A stretch of 63,912 bases of DNA, counting the filler, from Cercozoa sp. M6MM (lineage: Eukaryota > Protista > Endomyxa: Ascetosporea): assembly GCA_040357565.1 (NCBI GenBank). It is 14 parts of 14 records of this genome, joined end to end, with 100 filler letters (N's around TTAATTAATTAA, not from the genome) between each part and the next. Parts side by side here need not be neighbours in the genome. Positions count along the whole stretch, not along the records: positions 38,990 to 42,085 come from JBDODJ010001610.1; positions 42,186 to 48,252 come from JBDODJ010000796.1; positions 48,353 to 54,514 come from JBDODJ010000779.1; 11 more parts are not named here. The stretch is one strand, 5' to 3'. The position numbers and the translations under genes are program-made. The notes under the pieces are model-generated. The model was not told where the DNA came from. It did not search any database and was given only the letters and a program-made list of their open reading frames with translations. Of this stretch, positions 39,006 through 53,834 are shown one piece after another (position 1 is the first letter of the stretch; the number at the start of each line of letters is the position of its first letter).

Positions 39006-41987
39006 GAATGACAGTAGCCACGCAAACGCGAAAGCCGGAGTTTCTGGAGAAAGCCGTCGCTCGCACTCTGCGACGACAGGCGCAGCTAGAGCGCATGTCG
39101 GTGGACCCGCAGGACACGGATGCCGAGGTCGGCTTTGAGATCACCCCCGAGGGTATGCGCTCTTTTTGCCTCCTTAACTTGTTTACTTTCTTTCATCCTT
39201 TCAACTTCTTCAGTCCTTTAACCTTCTTCAATCCCTTAACCTGATCTGTTCTTTCCCTTCTTATATCTTATAGCTTTTTACCTTCCTCTGCCGTTTCCCT
39301 TCTGAACCATTTATCAAGCTGTTGCTTTTCCAAAGGCGAAATCAACGCCTCTGGCCTTGAACTCAAGAACGAAGCTCACATGTGCGCTGTTTCTACCCTG
39401 CTTTACCCTTGTTTCCCCCCCTCGTACATGCCTTATTATTTTACATTTTTAATCAGTCCGCTGCTGGAGACAAAGGACGGCCGTGCCTCGCGAGTGTCTC
39501 TCACGGTGGGTGCCTCGGTGGCTGCAGCCTGCGATACGGTGTCGCACGAGACCGATCAACCTGTGGTCGACGGCGAGAAACTCGCGCACGAGGTGATCTC
39601 TTTTTTAACTGGCTCCAGACTGACTGGAAGATTTCGAGCTCATTTTTCTATTTTGTGCACAGTTCGGCATGACAATGGAGCAGTTGCAGGACACTCCGCC
39701 CGATCGAATGCAAACTCTCATTGTAATACCATTTTATATTTTATCCTTAGTTTGATCGCTTCCTTCCACGCGGATGTCAACACTTTTTGATTTACTACAA
39801 ATAAATAGCAACAACGCCTGCAACTCGAAGGTCAGGCCTTCTTGGATCGTGTCACCGTCGATGTGCCTGATGAACGTGCCTGGACACTCTCTGATCATGG
39901 TAAATCCCTTTCGCTGTGTTTGTGTTCATTTGAATTGCTTTGAGTTCATTTGAGTTGCTTCTGAGTTCGCTAAATTTGAGTTGGTTTAGGTGTAACTCTG
40001 GGCACACGAGTGCTCGTGGATGAGCAAGGCAAGTACGTTTACGAGGGCAGTGTTACTCTTGGTAAATTACATCGCTTCATCAGAATCAGCTTTCTCGAAA
40101 TCGAAATCGGACTGTGTTGTGCGAGGTGCATTTGTGAGTAGGCGAGCCCGCCAAAGCCGAAGGCAACTTGAACATCACGCTTGACCCGCAAACCTCGGTG
40201 TCGCTGTCGCAGTCGGCGTCGATCGAAGTCGACGTAGTTTTGCCGCTGTGCTGTGAAAGCACTAAAGTCGCGAGGATAACTTCTAAAGCTGTGTTTCTGT
40301 GTGCAGGACCCGCGAGAAGCTGCGATTGCAGTTCAGAGGTTTGTTTTCTTTTGCTTGTGTTTGTTTTGTTTTGTGAATGAAGTGGCCTTGGCATCAGGAT
40401 GCAAGAGGATCCGTCGACGGCATTGCAAGCGTTGATGCACTTTCTCAAGATGGAATCATCGGTCGGACTGTCGCACACGTTGCCTTCTGGTCTGTGTATT
40501 TGAGTGTCTGTCGTTGAGGTTTGACTGATGTGATATGTGGCTTGAGCAGACACTCATGTGGATGGCCGCATCAGTGTGGCACCGTTGAACCCAATCCTGG
40601 GCTCGTCGCTCAACCTGTCGGCAGTGCATGAGTATACCATATCAGCGTGTACTCAGAGAAGGAGGTGTGCATGATTGTTATTTGGGCAGGGTGTCGCCGC
40701 AGCAGGGCGTGATGCTGCAAACGCGAGTGGCGGCGACGCAGTCGGTGCTGTCGGTGCGACACCTGCGCCACTGGGCCGGCGTGCACACGGCGGCGGCCAA
40801 GCAGAAGGTGTCGCTGCGCGAGGTGACCCCGCACGACGACGCCGACCAGGTGCTGCACACCTCCGTTGGTGTTGACGTTATCACCAACGGCTTCATGCAC
40901 GCCTTCGAGTCCACGGTACTGCCTTGCAGTCACTCTGCTCTTTCTCCTGTTTCATGGTTGGTGATCATGCCCTGATGGACAGGCCGACAGTCTCGGTCTG
41001 CAGCACAGTGGCATGCCACCTATGCTCGGCGCAGGACTGCATCTGGTGCCCTGACTTATTTATGTATCTTTATATGTATGTACGAAGAGACACGTGTGTC
41101 CGTACAGGGAGTCAAGTGTGCACCGATGGGCCCGGCTAATGTGTTCTCAGTCAACACGGCAGTCATGCCGCGACACAGCACGGTGCGCCTGGCCTGGCAG
41201 CGACCCAACTGGTCACTGTCTCTGCCGGTGCGAGTTCCGCATGCCTTCTCTCTGATCAAGTTTTTCCGCGGACAGGCCACGGCTGCTGGTGCCTTTCTCT
41301 TTCATGGGCCTGTTTCCTACTTGTGCGTACGTGTACTTGTGTGGCAGAACTCTTGGCGGACTCGATTCTGTCGACGGAAGAACCGGTTGCCACGGTGCCT
41401 TGTGTAACAGGTGGCAAGTGACTGGTATGCATGTACATGTGACCTCATGTTGCAGCCCATGGACTGGCGTTCCTTGTGCACGCGCGTTCTAACGCCGCTG
41501 CTGCTGCCGGGCGCTTTCTTTGCCACCTGCAAGTACTCACTCTCCTGCCTTCAAACCCATATTATGTCTATTTGTATCATGTGTGTTTTAAGGTACTGGC
41601 TGCTGCCGCGACTGCTGCGCAAGCGACGCGAACGACGCGAAGAAACGCTCAACGACGCCACGCGCGAGAAGTTGCGCATGCGAGACCGCGCTTTGCAGGT
41701 CAGTCTTTGGCCTATTTTGTGTATATATACATATATATATATATTGATATATATATATATATGTATATATATGTATGTGCGTACATTGTGTGGCTGTGTG
41801 CAGGAGCAGCAAGAGATGCTGCGAGCGGCAGAGCGACGACAGAAAAAGGTCCGCGACAACGCGCGGTTGCCGTACGAATTCAAATCCACACAAGAAGTCT
41901 GAGGATGATGTGATGTGTGTTTTGGTATAGTGAGCGAGTCGAGATCCTGCAGGCGTACTACTGCGCGACTGAGCTGCTGTCGGCACT
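39006..41987 (+). CDS. DNAJC11: DNAJC11-like protein (partial at both ends)
   Basis: Beta-strand-rich middle, a hydrophobic segment, then YWLLPRLLRKRRERR...ALQEQQEMLRAAERRQKK..VEILQAYY, resembling the start of DUF3395. The J-domain is not in this contig. Confidence 0.62.
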
Positions 41988-42041
41988 AGTCTACAGTAGC
42001 ACTTATCTTTTTACTTGGGGAGATATGTATGGTATGCGTGT

Positions 42042-42085
<44 letters not shown>

Positions 42086-42295
42086 NNNNNNNNNNNNNNN
42101 NNNNNNNNNNNNNNNNNNNNNNNNNNNNNTTAATTAATTAANNNNNNNNNNNNNNNNNNNNNNNNNNNNNNNNNNNNNNNNNNNNGGGGGGGTAAGGGGT
42201 AAGGGTAGGGGTAGGTAGGGAAGGAGGGTAGATAGGGAAGGAGGGTAGGTAGGAGGTCGGAAAGGAGGGTAGGTAGGTAGACTGAGATGGCCGTA

Positions 42296-43593
42296 CCAGC
42301 CTTGGGGTGCTTGCCGCGACCACGGAACCAGCCAGGCGGCTCAGTGCGAAAGTTGCCGACCTTCTCCTGCACGCCGTCGACGATAGCGATCTTGAAGACG
42401 GCGTCGATGGCCTCCTTGTCACGCTTGCGCTGCTGTCGCACCTCGGGATCCTTGTTGCGCAGCTTGCGCTCTTCCGAAGCGGCCGCCAGGTGCTCCACCA
42501 TCGGTGTGAAGTCGCACTTCTCCAGCGACTGGATCGTGTGCGACGCACCTAGTCTCGCACGCCAGTCCTGGAACATGTTGCGTCGGAACACGGCGTTCTG
42601 CGAGTACTCGGCCGTGCCGCCGTTGCGTTCCGACAGCAGGATCTTGGCGTACTCGGTCGCCATCTCCTCCTGCTCCGGCGTCAGCTCCACTGCCTCGCCA
42701 TCGTACTGTACGGGTAGGGGTAGGGTAGGGTAGGGTAGGGTAGGGTAGGGTAGGGTAGGGTAGNNNNNNNNNNNNNNNNNNNNNNNNNNNNNNNNNNNNN
42801 NNNNNNNNNNNNNNNNNNNNNNNNNNNNNNNNNNNNNNNNNNNNNNNNNNNNNNNNNNNNNNNGTAGGGTAGGGTAGGGTAGGGTAGGGTAGGGTAGGGT
42901 AAATGAAAGGTGCGTGTGTGGGGGGGGGGGGGGTAAAGCACCAACAGCTGCACGCCATGCGGCTCGTACGGCTCGGCGAACAAGATGCCGTTGTGCAACA
43001 GCGTGGTCCACTTGTTGTCCGACTTGAGTTCGCTCAGTGGACGTTCCCTTAAGAAAACAAGTGGTACACATGGACGGAACCGAGGGACAGGACACACAAG
43101 TACAGAAGGACAGGACAGAAGGACAGAAGTGTACCACCACTTGGGCGCATCCTTATCTGGCTCCAATGGCGCCGGCTCACGGAACTGGAACTTCTCGGGG
43201 TCCCACGACTTGCCGGGACCAATGTCGGAACTACCGGCGGCCGAACTGGCCGAAGTGCTCGATGACACCGAACGAGAACGACTCGGCGCTTTCTTCGCCT
43301 TCTTCTTCGTGGCCGGCGCTTGCGTGCGTCGCACCAGCGGCTCGTCGCTATCGCTATCGCTATCGCTTTCGTCGCTTTCGTCCTCTTCTTCCTCCGCTTT
43401 CGCCTCTTCCTCTTCAAATTCGGCCTCTTGCGCCTCTGTTCCGAGCCAAAGCGCATCCAAACCGCAAGTTTCGAAAGTGCTTTCAAAAATTTAAAGCTGT
43501 TTTACCTGTCGCCGCCGGTGTCGGAACAGCGCCCGACTTCAGCAGGATTTCCTCGTCGCTGTCGCTGTCGCTGTCGACTCGACGGTTCTGCAT
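42296..43593 (-). CDS. TOP1: DNA topoisomerase IB, N-terminal half (3' partial)
   Basis: Motifs KWTTLLHNGILFAEPYEP, YDGEAVELTPEQEEMAT, LEKCDF, EKVGNFRTEPPGWFRGRGKHPK. Confidence 0.96.
42711..42900 (+). repeat. (TAGGG)n array within a TOP1 intron (gapped)
   Basis: Near-perfect pentamer repeats on both sides of a 100-N gap. Confidence 0.92.
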
Positions 43594-43880
43594 CTTTCCT
43601 CAAGCACACGCGCGACACCAAAAAAAAAAAACACTTCGCTCGGCGCGAAATCAATCCAAAAAAGCGGAATGGCGCGACACGAAACAATCTCTTGGAACCC
43701 TGTCGCTGACTGTGAACTTTGCGCCACAACGGGCCCTTATATGTCCACGAAACAGAAGCAGCGCTACAGAGGCGACAACTCGCCGTTTGGTGACCGCTAG
43801 CCACCCAAAATAACAATGGCGGCTACAAACGCGTTTTTGACGCGCTGTCTCTGTTTTCACAGTGATCTGTGTTGGTTAAG
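43594..43880. promoter_or_regulatory. Candidate bidirectional promoter TOP1/METAP2
   Basis: 287 nt between divergent start codons. A similar arrangement occurs at NTH1/RPA43 (14895-15186) and TTC1/DSCC1 (46650-46890). Confidence 0.6.
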
Positions 43881-45621
<1,741 letters not shown>

Positions 45622-45683
45622 CTCCCTCGTCGCCTACTGACTCCATCATCTTTCTGACATGAATGAACAGTCCCGTTGTTTAC

Positions 45684-46649
45684 TCACTGGCTCGGGCTCG
45701 CCTCAGTTTCACTCGGCTCAGACGAAGTGGGACCGCCCGATTGCTGGAACTGGACCGAGTAGCTGCCCGTGGCGGGGTCCTGGACTGCCTTGAAGTTGTC
45801 CAGACTAAGTCCAAAGTTGCCTAGCAGCATGTTGCCGAGATCCTTGAGTTTGCCCATCATTTCGTTCTTCAGTTTTTCGCGCTCTTCGTCAGCTTGACGC
45901 TGCAGAAGCCCAAAAAGAAGCAGAAATGTTGAAAAAATCAGAGAAAAAGTCGAAAAGCACCTTGATTTGCAAAGCGAGCGATGTCGCATGTCGCTGAGTA
46001 ACCTTGTCGCCGTCTTGGCCTGCAAAATCGGCGGCAAGCAAGAAATCCTCCTCTGCTTTCACGAACTGTTGCAGCTGCTTGTGCGCGCGACCTGTTGTTG
46101 AAAAATAAAATAAGTTGCTTTCGAAATATGAAAGAAAGGCTACCACGACGCATGCGAATTTTGACGTGTCGTTTGTGCAGCTTCAAAGCTTGGTCGCATG
46201 CACGCACGCACTCCTGCAGTCGATGCATCTCGAGCAGTGCCGCAGCGCGATTGCCATGGAAGGAAGCGAGGTGATGCTTGAGTTCCCTAAACTCGTCGTT
46301 TTCATCTTCAGTTTCGCTGCTTTTCTCATTTTTTTCGCGAGTTTCGTCGTTTCCGCGCTTTTCGTTGTCGCTTTCGCTGTCGCTTTCAGAGTCGGACACT
46401 TCGAATCCGCCTCGCTCCTCCTCTGCCTGCTCCTTCTCGAGCCACGGCTTCGGCAGCACCTCAACTGCGAGTTCGTACTGCTCGATCGCCTTTTCGAAAT
46501 TGCGCTCGCGGAAGAGGGCGTTACCACGCGCCTTGTGTTCCTGCCGGCCAAACACAAAAACGATGCCCAAAAGAAGAAAACACAGAATGATCGAAATTTC
46601 TCACCAGCGCGCCCTCTAGTGTGGGTTCCAAAACCTCTACGACACTCAT
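45684..46649 (-). CDS. TTC1: Tetratricopeptide repeat protein 1
   Basis: TPRs (KARGNALF, HGNRAAA) and the diagnostic C-terminus EMMGKLKDLGNMLLGNFGLSLDNFKAVQDPATGSYSVQF. Confidence 0.93.
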
Positions 46650-46890
46650 TCTTGTCAAACACACACGTGCACGGTCTAATCTGTTTGAGTACAGCACTTT
46701 GGAGCTCCGAAATATGGGTCGTAGCCAGCTGAACAGACAGGCTTGCTGGTCTGATGTGGTGTGTGTACAGTTGACCTAGCACAGGTTTGGTGCTGTGAGT
46801 AGTGATAGGTGTGCAATTTGAGGGTACTTTTGATCATATTCGCGAAAATGTACTCTCAGTTGTTTTGTTGACTCAGTCCGGCGTAGTGTG

Positions 46891-48216
46891 ATGACTGACA
46901 CTTACACCGTGGAGTCTGTCCGTACAAAGATAGCGCAAGGAGCGCACATGGCGTTGGGCGAAGGCGTGGTATTGCTGCATTCTTTTAGGATAACACGCTT
47001 GTTTCATGTCGCCTGTCACAGGATCCTTCGATGGAAGGCAAGGGCACCCCAGAGGCAATGCAGGACTTTCTGCTGTTCAGACTGGACAAAAATGCGTTGG
47101 ATGCAGTCGAAGCAGGCGAAACCTTTGAGTTGCGTGCCTCCAGTGGCAGCGTACATTATTTTGCTACTGTAGGTGTTGAGGCTTTGATTGTTCGGAACCT
47201 GTAGGATGCAGCTGCTTTGGTGAGCAACAGCAAAACCTACGCACTGATTCAAGACGAGCAAACCAACACACAGCTCGTTTGTGACATTGTCGAAGACGAA
47301 AACAACGCGCCCGTTGTGCGTGCACGCTCTTCACAATTCTCGGTACACTTGCAGAAAGTTAATTTGTGTTGCCTGAATTTGGAAGCATGTTTGCAGTACT
47401 ACCGAGTAACACAATGTATGCCTCGTGTGGCGCAAGTGAAGGAATTGATCACGAAGAACACAATGACCATACGTACACTCAAGCAACACGTCCAGGCGAG
47501 TGACGGCGAGTTGCAAGTGCGTTGCTTTTAATGTTGTGTGCTTCTTCGAAAAGTAAACTCCTTGCACAGGAAGTGCTCGCTGCACTCAAGTGTTGCATTG
47601 ACGCCGACGGTTTCTTGCGATGTCTGAATCAGACGGAATTCTTTACGGCTTTGCAAGCTGTGCTCGAAACTACGGCCGAAATGGGCTGCGACAGCGGCGC
47701 TGATCTGCTGAACACATGTATACAGCTTTGTGAAACAAGCTTGTTCGTTGCAAAATTGCTAATATTGCGTTGCAGGCGATAAGGTTCCAAGAGAAGCGGC
47801 AGCATTGTGTATCTCACTAATGCAGGCAGAGGGAGGAGAATTGGATGAAGATTGTGATGAGATGTGCGTTTAATCTTGTATTTGTGGTGCCCGCGTGGAT
47901 AATGTCATGGTTTGGCACAGTGAGAAACGGATGAACATCACGAATGCGCCTTTGAAACCGAATGAAATTTCACGATATCTTGCTCTGGCAATGATTCACA
48001 GTCAAGAGTACCTTGTACCATTTGTTTTGCCTTCCTTGTTGAGTTAGTTTTGTGTTTTTCAGTGGCGTTCCGGAGGAGAATTTAGACTCATTGTGGCAGC
48101 AGTCACTTTCGATGATGAACTTGCCTGTGAATAACGAGACCTTAGATCGAAGACTTTTGCACGGACACGCCGTGCTGCACAAGGACAACTTTTTCCGCGT
48201 TATTGACGTGTTGAAC
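46891..48216 (+). CDS. DSCC1: Sister chromatid cohesion protein DCC1 (3' partial)
   Basis: LVSNSKTYALIQDEQTNTQLV and LKQHVQASDGEL match Dcc1 motifs. Confidence 0.78.
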
Positions 48217-48596
48217 GTACTGTTCTTTTTTAATCTGCATCGTTTTTTTTTTNNNNNNNNNNNNNNNNNNNNNNNNNNNNNNNNNNNNNNNNNNNNTTAA
48301 TTAATTAANNNNNNNNNNNNNNNNNNNNNNNNNNNNNNNNNNNNNNNNNNNNGGGGGGTAAATAGGGGGTAAACAGGGGGATAAACAGGGGGTAAACAGG
48401 GGGGTAAACAGCTGGGTAAATAGGGGGTAAATAGGGGTGTAAATAGGGGTGTAAATAGGGAGGCAAATAGGGAGGTAAACAGGGGGGTAAATAGGGGGGT
48501 AAATAGGAGGATAAACAGGGGGTATACAGGGGGGTAAACATGGAGGTAACTAGGGGGGTATACAGGGGGGGTAAATAGGGGGGTAAAACAGCGCAC

Positions 48597-49495
48597 CACA
48601 CAGCACGGCGCCGCTCTCGCTGTTGACGGTGACGACGCCGCTGTCGCCACTGTCGCCGATGGGTGTGTGCTGCCGACTGACGGTGCGATCAGTGTCAGTG
48701 ACGGTGCGACCAGTGTCAGTGACGGTGCGATCAGTGTCAGTGACGGTGCGATCAGCACGTGCCGCCAGTGGCGTGCGGAAGGACGGAAAGCCGAGTGGCG
48801 GCGACTGCGACGGCTCGCAGTGCGACAGCGACGACATGATCGGCACCAGCACCGACGGCACCGTCACTGCGAACCGTGAGTCACCGTCCCTGATGACACC
48901 GTCCCTGATGATACCGTCCCTGATGCCTGTGGTACCACCAGTCACACCGTCTGCACCGATCGCACTGCCGATCGCACTGCCGATCACACCGTCCATCGGT
49001 GTCGCCGGAATCAGTTCCTCCTCCTCCTCCTCCTGCTGCTGACTGCACACCGGTGTGCCTGCGCCGCCGCTCAGTGTGTCTTCTGGAGGTCAAGGTGGGC
49101 AGGTAAGGGGAGGCAACGGGACAAGGACGACAGGGAGAGGCAAAGCATTACCTTGAGGCTGCGTGCCGGCCACAGGCTGCGTCGGCAGGAAGGCCTCGAT
49201 GCGCGCATTCCGCGCCTGCGTCGTTGTGCGCGTCGTACTCGGCGTTGGCGACTCCAGACTGCTCGCACAGAAAACAACAAGTACAGCACAACAAACAACA
49301 ACCACACGCGCCTTACTCTTGCGCTAGCGCACGACGTTTCTTGACATTGCCTCCCTCACTCTCTGCCGGCATTCTGCCCGGCGCACCCGCCTGCCGAGGA
49401 CGCTTCGGTGCTTTGCGACGCGTGCGACGCTCCTGCAGCAGCTTGCTCGTGCACAGGCCCGACGCCAACGACCACGGGTTCACCGACACGTCCAT
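48597..49495 (-). CDS. Low-complexity N-terminus of an unidentified protein (3' partial)
   Basis: MDVSVNPWSL...NVKKRRAL (NLS-like), poly-E, LIPATP, DRTVTDT repeats. Confidence 0.55.
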
Positions 49496-49837
49496 CTGGA
49501 CTGCCAGCACACCAACTCTCTCCACACACCACCCAAATCACACACCCAAATGTCACCACAAAGCGCGAAACTTACTCTAATGCAGTGCAAACTGCTGCTA
49601 CACACTACACACTCCCAGTGCACCTGCTGAACTCGCGCGGAATCCCGTGATCGCGAAAAAGCGCACGAAAATGAACGACCGTATCACGCTGGCTTTTAGG
49701 GCGCTGCGTGTCGGTGCTAGTACCTGTTTCTCTCTGTTGGCCTGTGGTGCCCGAGTCGGCTTGAAATAAGGCGAGATCGCCGGTCGGTACTGGTCATTTT
49801 CTCCGTGGGTTGTATTTTCACATATTCTACTTGTTGT

Positions 49838-50825
49838 TCAGTCACAGCTGAAAACTACTCCCGGACTCGGTACGCGCAGGTTGAGCTGCGCCATCTGCGA
49901 AGCAACGACGTCGTCCTACATAAAACAAAATATGCTCCCAACTCGGGTGCATATGCAACAGAGCAAACTCACCGCCCAGATTTCGAGTGACCGCATGAAG
50001 TTGCCCATCTGCGAGCGACACACTCTCACTTGGCACAACAAACCAGAGCGTCGTTGTTTAAAATATACCAGGTCAGCAGCCGTCTGGGCGCACTTGCCGT
50101 GACCTCCGCGCTGACTGACGTACTGCAGCAGGTGCTCGGCAAACACCTGCGAAAAGGTTCAGAGACTCCCAGCTTGGGGCAACTAGTCGTGCTGTATCGA
50201 TGTTAGCAAGTTACCGAGCAGTCCAACACACCGTTGCGAATCACATCTATGCGGCAAAGCGGAGTTTACACAAGCTAGCTTTCGTGTGTTCAAACAAAGC
50301 AGAAACACTCAAGAAGCTGTCTCGGACTTGTGGCAGTGTTTCCGACGTCAGTCGCACCTCACTAGAGTTCAGTTCGGCTCAGTTGCAAAACGAAAGCTAC
50401 TCTACTGAGCTAGAGTGACGCTTCAGAGGTAAACGTACTATTGCTGCTGCTGAACGAACAGCAACTCGGCGCAAAGCTGTGACAACTCGCGCTGGTTCTG
50501 GTCGAGATCTGTCACTGTTGTGTCGCATTGGCTTTCCTCAAGTTCATCGTGCTTTAGTGAGTCCAATCGATTCAAAGCCAATTGATGCAACTCATCCACC
50601 ACTTTCGCCAACAACTGTTCAGTTTGACACATACCTGAATACAACTGCAGGCACCACTGTGTCCATCACGTCAGTTTCCTGCACATCGTATTGTACCTGA
50701 ACTTGTGCAAAGTGTTTCAAACTCTGTCGGTCTCCGTTTGAGATCATTCGGCCAATACTCGCGTTCAGTGACATCTCTGTCAACGGCGGTTCAGATATTG
50801 CATGAGCGTCACCGCAGCAAAACAA
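49838..50825 (-). CDS. Hypothetical helical protein (5' end unresolved)
   Basis: Joinable exons LLAKVVDELHQLAL...|YEVRLTSETLPQ...|VFAEHLLQYV...|MGNFMRSLEIWA|DDVVASQMAQL...*. Confidence 0.45.
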
Positions 50826-51327
50826 AAATCAGACGGAGTAGTTGCACAACTTACACTGAACTGACGTGCTGCACCGTTTAGTCAATGTCAACTGCGCCGA
50901 AAAAACAGCCTCTCAAACACTCTCGTGTAATACTAACATGCTCGACGCGAAAAACGTGTTTGTTCGGCACTGCAAAAAGCAGTTGGATGATCGGCTTAAG
51001 CGTCTTTCCGTTGCCAGACGAGATAGCCCAGGTTACTGTGATACGGCTTGGGACTCGTTTGAGGAGGACCGGTGCAGGAGGAAACTGGCAAAGCCTGAGT
51101 GATCCCACTGCCTAGCTTTCAAAAAAACGTCTTGCAATTGTAGTTGCTCGACAGCGCCGGCCCTTCTAACAGCACATGCAGGCAGGAAGCATCAGCCGTG
51201 TAAATCTAAATCTCGCGATGTATCAACACACCATTGTTAACTCTTGCTTTGATTGGTCGGTTGTTGGATGACCAACGGCGTGTGCGTGTGGTGCGTTGCA
51301 TTTCCGATTTGTTTTTAGAGAACCTTC

Positions 51328-53541
51328 ATGTGGCTGACTGCGTTGGCAGCGCTGGGCACTCTGGCCGAGGCAGCTGAACCGCCTGGGCGTGCTGGATCTT
51401 GGTAGATGAGAAATTGTGAAATTTTGTATCAATGTGGTGGGGACAGATACTGGATACTGGGCTGGAACTAGGGGCATTGACACGCACTCCAACACATACA
51501 CGCCGCCGGCCTGGCGTACCATCGAGTGCGTCGAAATGGACGACAGTCTGAAGAAGTTCTGCGGGTCGTTGCGAAGCACGTACCAGTCAAATTTGACCCC
51601 AGTGCGTGTTGATCCCCTTCCAAAGTGACTGCCCCTGCTCTCCCCAGGTACGCGAGGCCAGTGGTGCGTGTCGAAAGCTTAACAACTTCCACCGACGCTT
51701 ACTTGTACTCAAAGCAACGCGAAGAAACCTCTGTTATTTATGACAATGGTGAATCAAATGAGTGACTTCAATGCCAACGCAGGTACAACGCAAGCAAGCC
51801 ACACGTGGCCGACACGAGTGCACGGCGCGCCGAGCACATTCATCGCCTCGTTCAGCTCGCTGGCTTGGGTAACTTTACTTCCATGTTCAACTTCAGACTG
51901 GATTAACCCGGCAACCCTGAACAAACTCTTGCCGCTCACGTCTGTTCTGGCCAGCCAGAGAAGGCGACAGTGAGTGCAAACGGCGTGGAATGGGCTTCCT
52001 TTGCAACTGTACATTTTTGTGCCTTCGGTTAATCTAATTTAATCTTGTGCTGTATAATCTTAAGATGCCTAAAGACCTGTCTTGTTATGTTAATTAAATT
52101 TAGACATGGCACCCGAGTGCGGAGAAACGCCGCCGCTGCAGTTCCCGAACGGCACGGAGATGCGACATCCCATCACAGGCAGAGTCACCGAGTATGTTGA
52201 AATTAAGGTGCACTCTTGGGTGACAGCTTTATGTTGCAACCTTTTTGTTGCGCTGCAGGTCAGTGAGACGGTCGACATGTTATGGCGCATGTGATGACTA
52301 CATGCGTATGTGTCCCGACTTTGGTGCGTGTTCTTTCTGTCCAGTTCAGTCGCACAGTGGAAATGCGAAAGTTTGTTTTCATTCCCTCAATTTAGCGAAG
52401 TATCTCGAGGTCCTCGGAATTCGCGGGGTAAATTTCAACTTACGGTCTCCATTTAACGGAGAACTGAATGAACAAACCGAAAGCGAGTGTCATATACCGA
52501 ACCCAGGCCTGCCACAGTTTCACGTATGGTGACATTGAGTTCGATAAGCGTTGGTGAGTTTTGCATTCTCCTAGTTATAATGTTGACCCGTTCGACTACT
52601 TTTTTGGCGAAACCTTCCTGTAGGAGCTCGAACAGGTTCCTGGGCTTTCAGGAGCACTTTGAAAGCTACCAGTACCCGGTAGGCAGACCGAATGGCATCA
52701 TGCTGTTTTAACTGAAGTTGGTGTTTTTCAGGCCAATTCGACGACACACTCGGTGAATTTGACGAAACAGTACATCACTCTCAGCGAGGGCTCCAAGATT
52801 ATCGACTCTACAACCACCGAAGGCTGGGGTCGCCATGAATGGGTGTGTGCCTTTTGCTTTCACTTTGTGCCTTCTCAGTTCGACCGATCAGCCAACTGAT
52901 CAGCCAACTGATCGAACTACTGAATGAGCTGAATGTGAATGCGTTTTAGTACTTCAACGACATACAAAAACTCGAAGCGTGGCGCGACAATCGCGACACT
53001 CCGTGGTCGTCGCAACGCATCTTCTCGCTCGACGTAAGTTAGACTTGACTGGACTGGAACTTGACTGGACTGGAACTTGACTGGACTGGAACTTAACTGG
53101 ACTGGAACTTAACTGGACTGGAACTTGACTGCTGTGACTTGGAACTTGTCCTTTCAGAGCGACGCCGGAGTGGCCGCAATGCAGCATCAGCACGACCGTT
53201 TCTTTCGCTCTGTCGATGGTGCGTCCTGTGCCTTGTGCTATTCGCTCCTTTTCATCCCCTTAACTCTACTCCATTGCACAGGACAGAAGCACGTGGTCAC
53301 ATGCCAGGCCATTAAGCCAGTGGCAGACTATGCAGGCATTAAGTGTCCGTCATCGCTAACGGCCGACTTGGAAACTGCCACCTGTGTTGTTGGGTAGCTT
53401 TAGCTTTGGGATTCCGTTTCTCTCGGGTCAGATTGCACTGTATCTAACAGGTGCCCAACACCGGTGTTCACGACGTCGCAGCAGGACAGTCTGCAGGCTT
53501 TGTCGACTGCTGTTGGGGTGTTCGCTGTGCTCGGGTGCAGT

Positions 53542-53592
<51 letters not shown>

Positions 53593-53602
53593 NNNNNNNN
53601 NN

Positions 53603-53663
<61 letters not shown>

Positions 53664-53793
53664 CTAGGTTGTCTCATATCTTGCTGCTTTGTTGTTTCGA
53701 TAAAGAGGCCTGCTGATTGCCGGCATCATTGGCGTCAATAAAAGGGTGCAGATCTTTCCGTGTGTATACCTCTATATGTACCTATACATGTAT

Positions 53794-53834
<41 letters not shown>

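Noticed and set aside
53043-53130. CRISPR-like array
   Set aside because: Contiguous tandem units with no spacers, inside a spliceosomal intron, and no cas genes.
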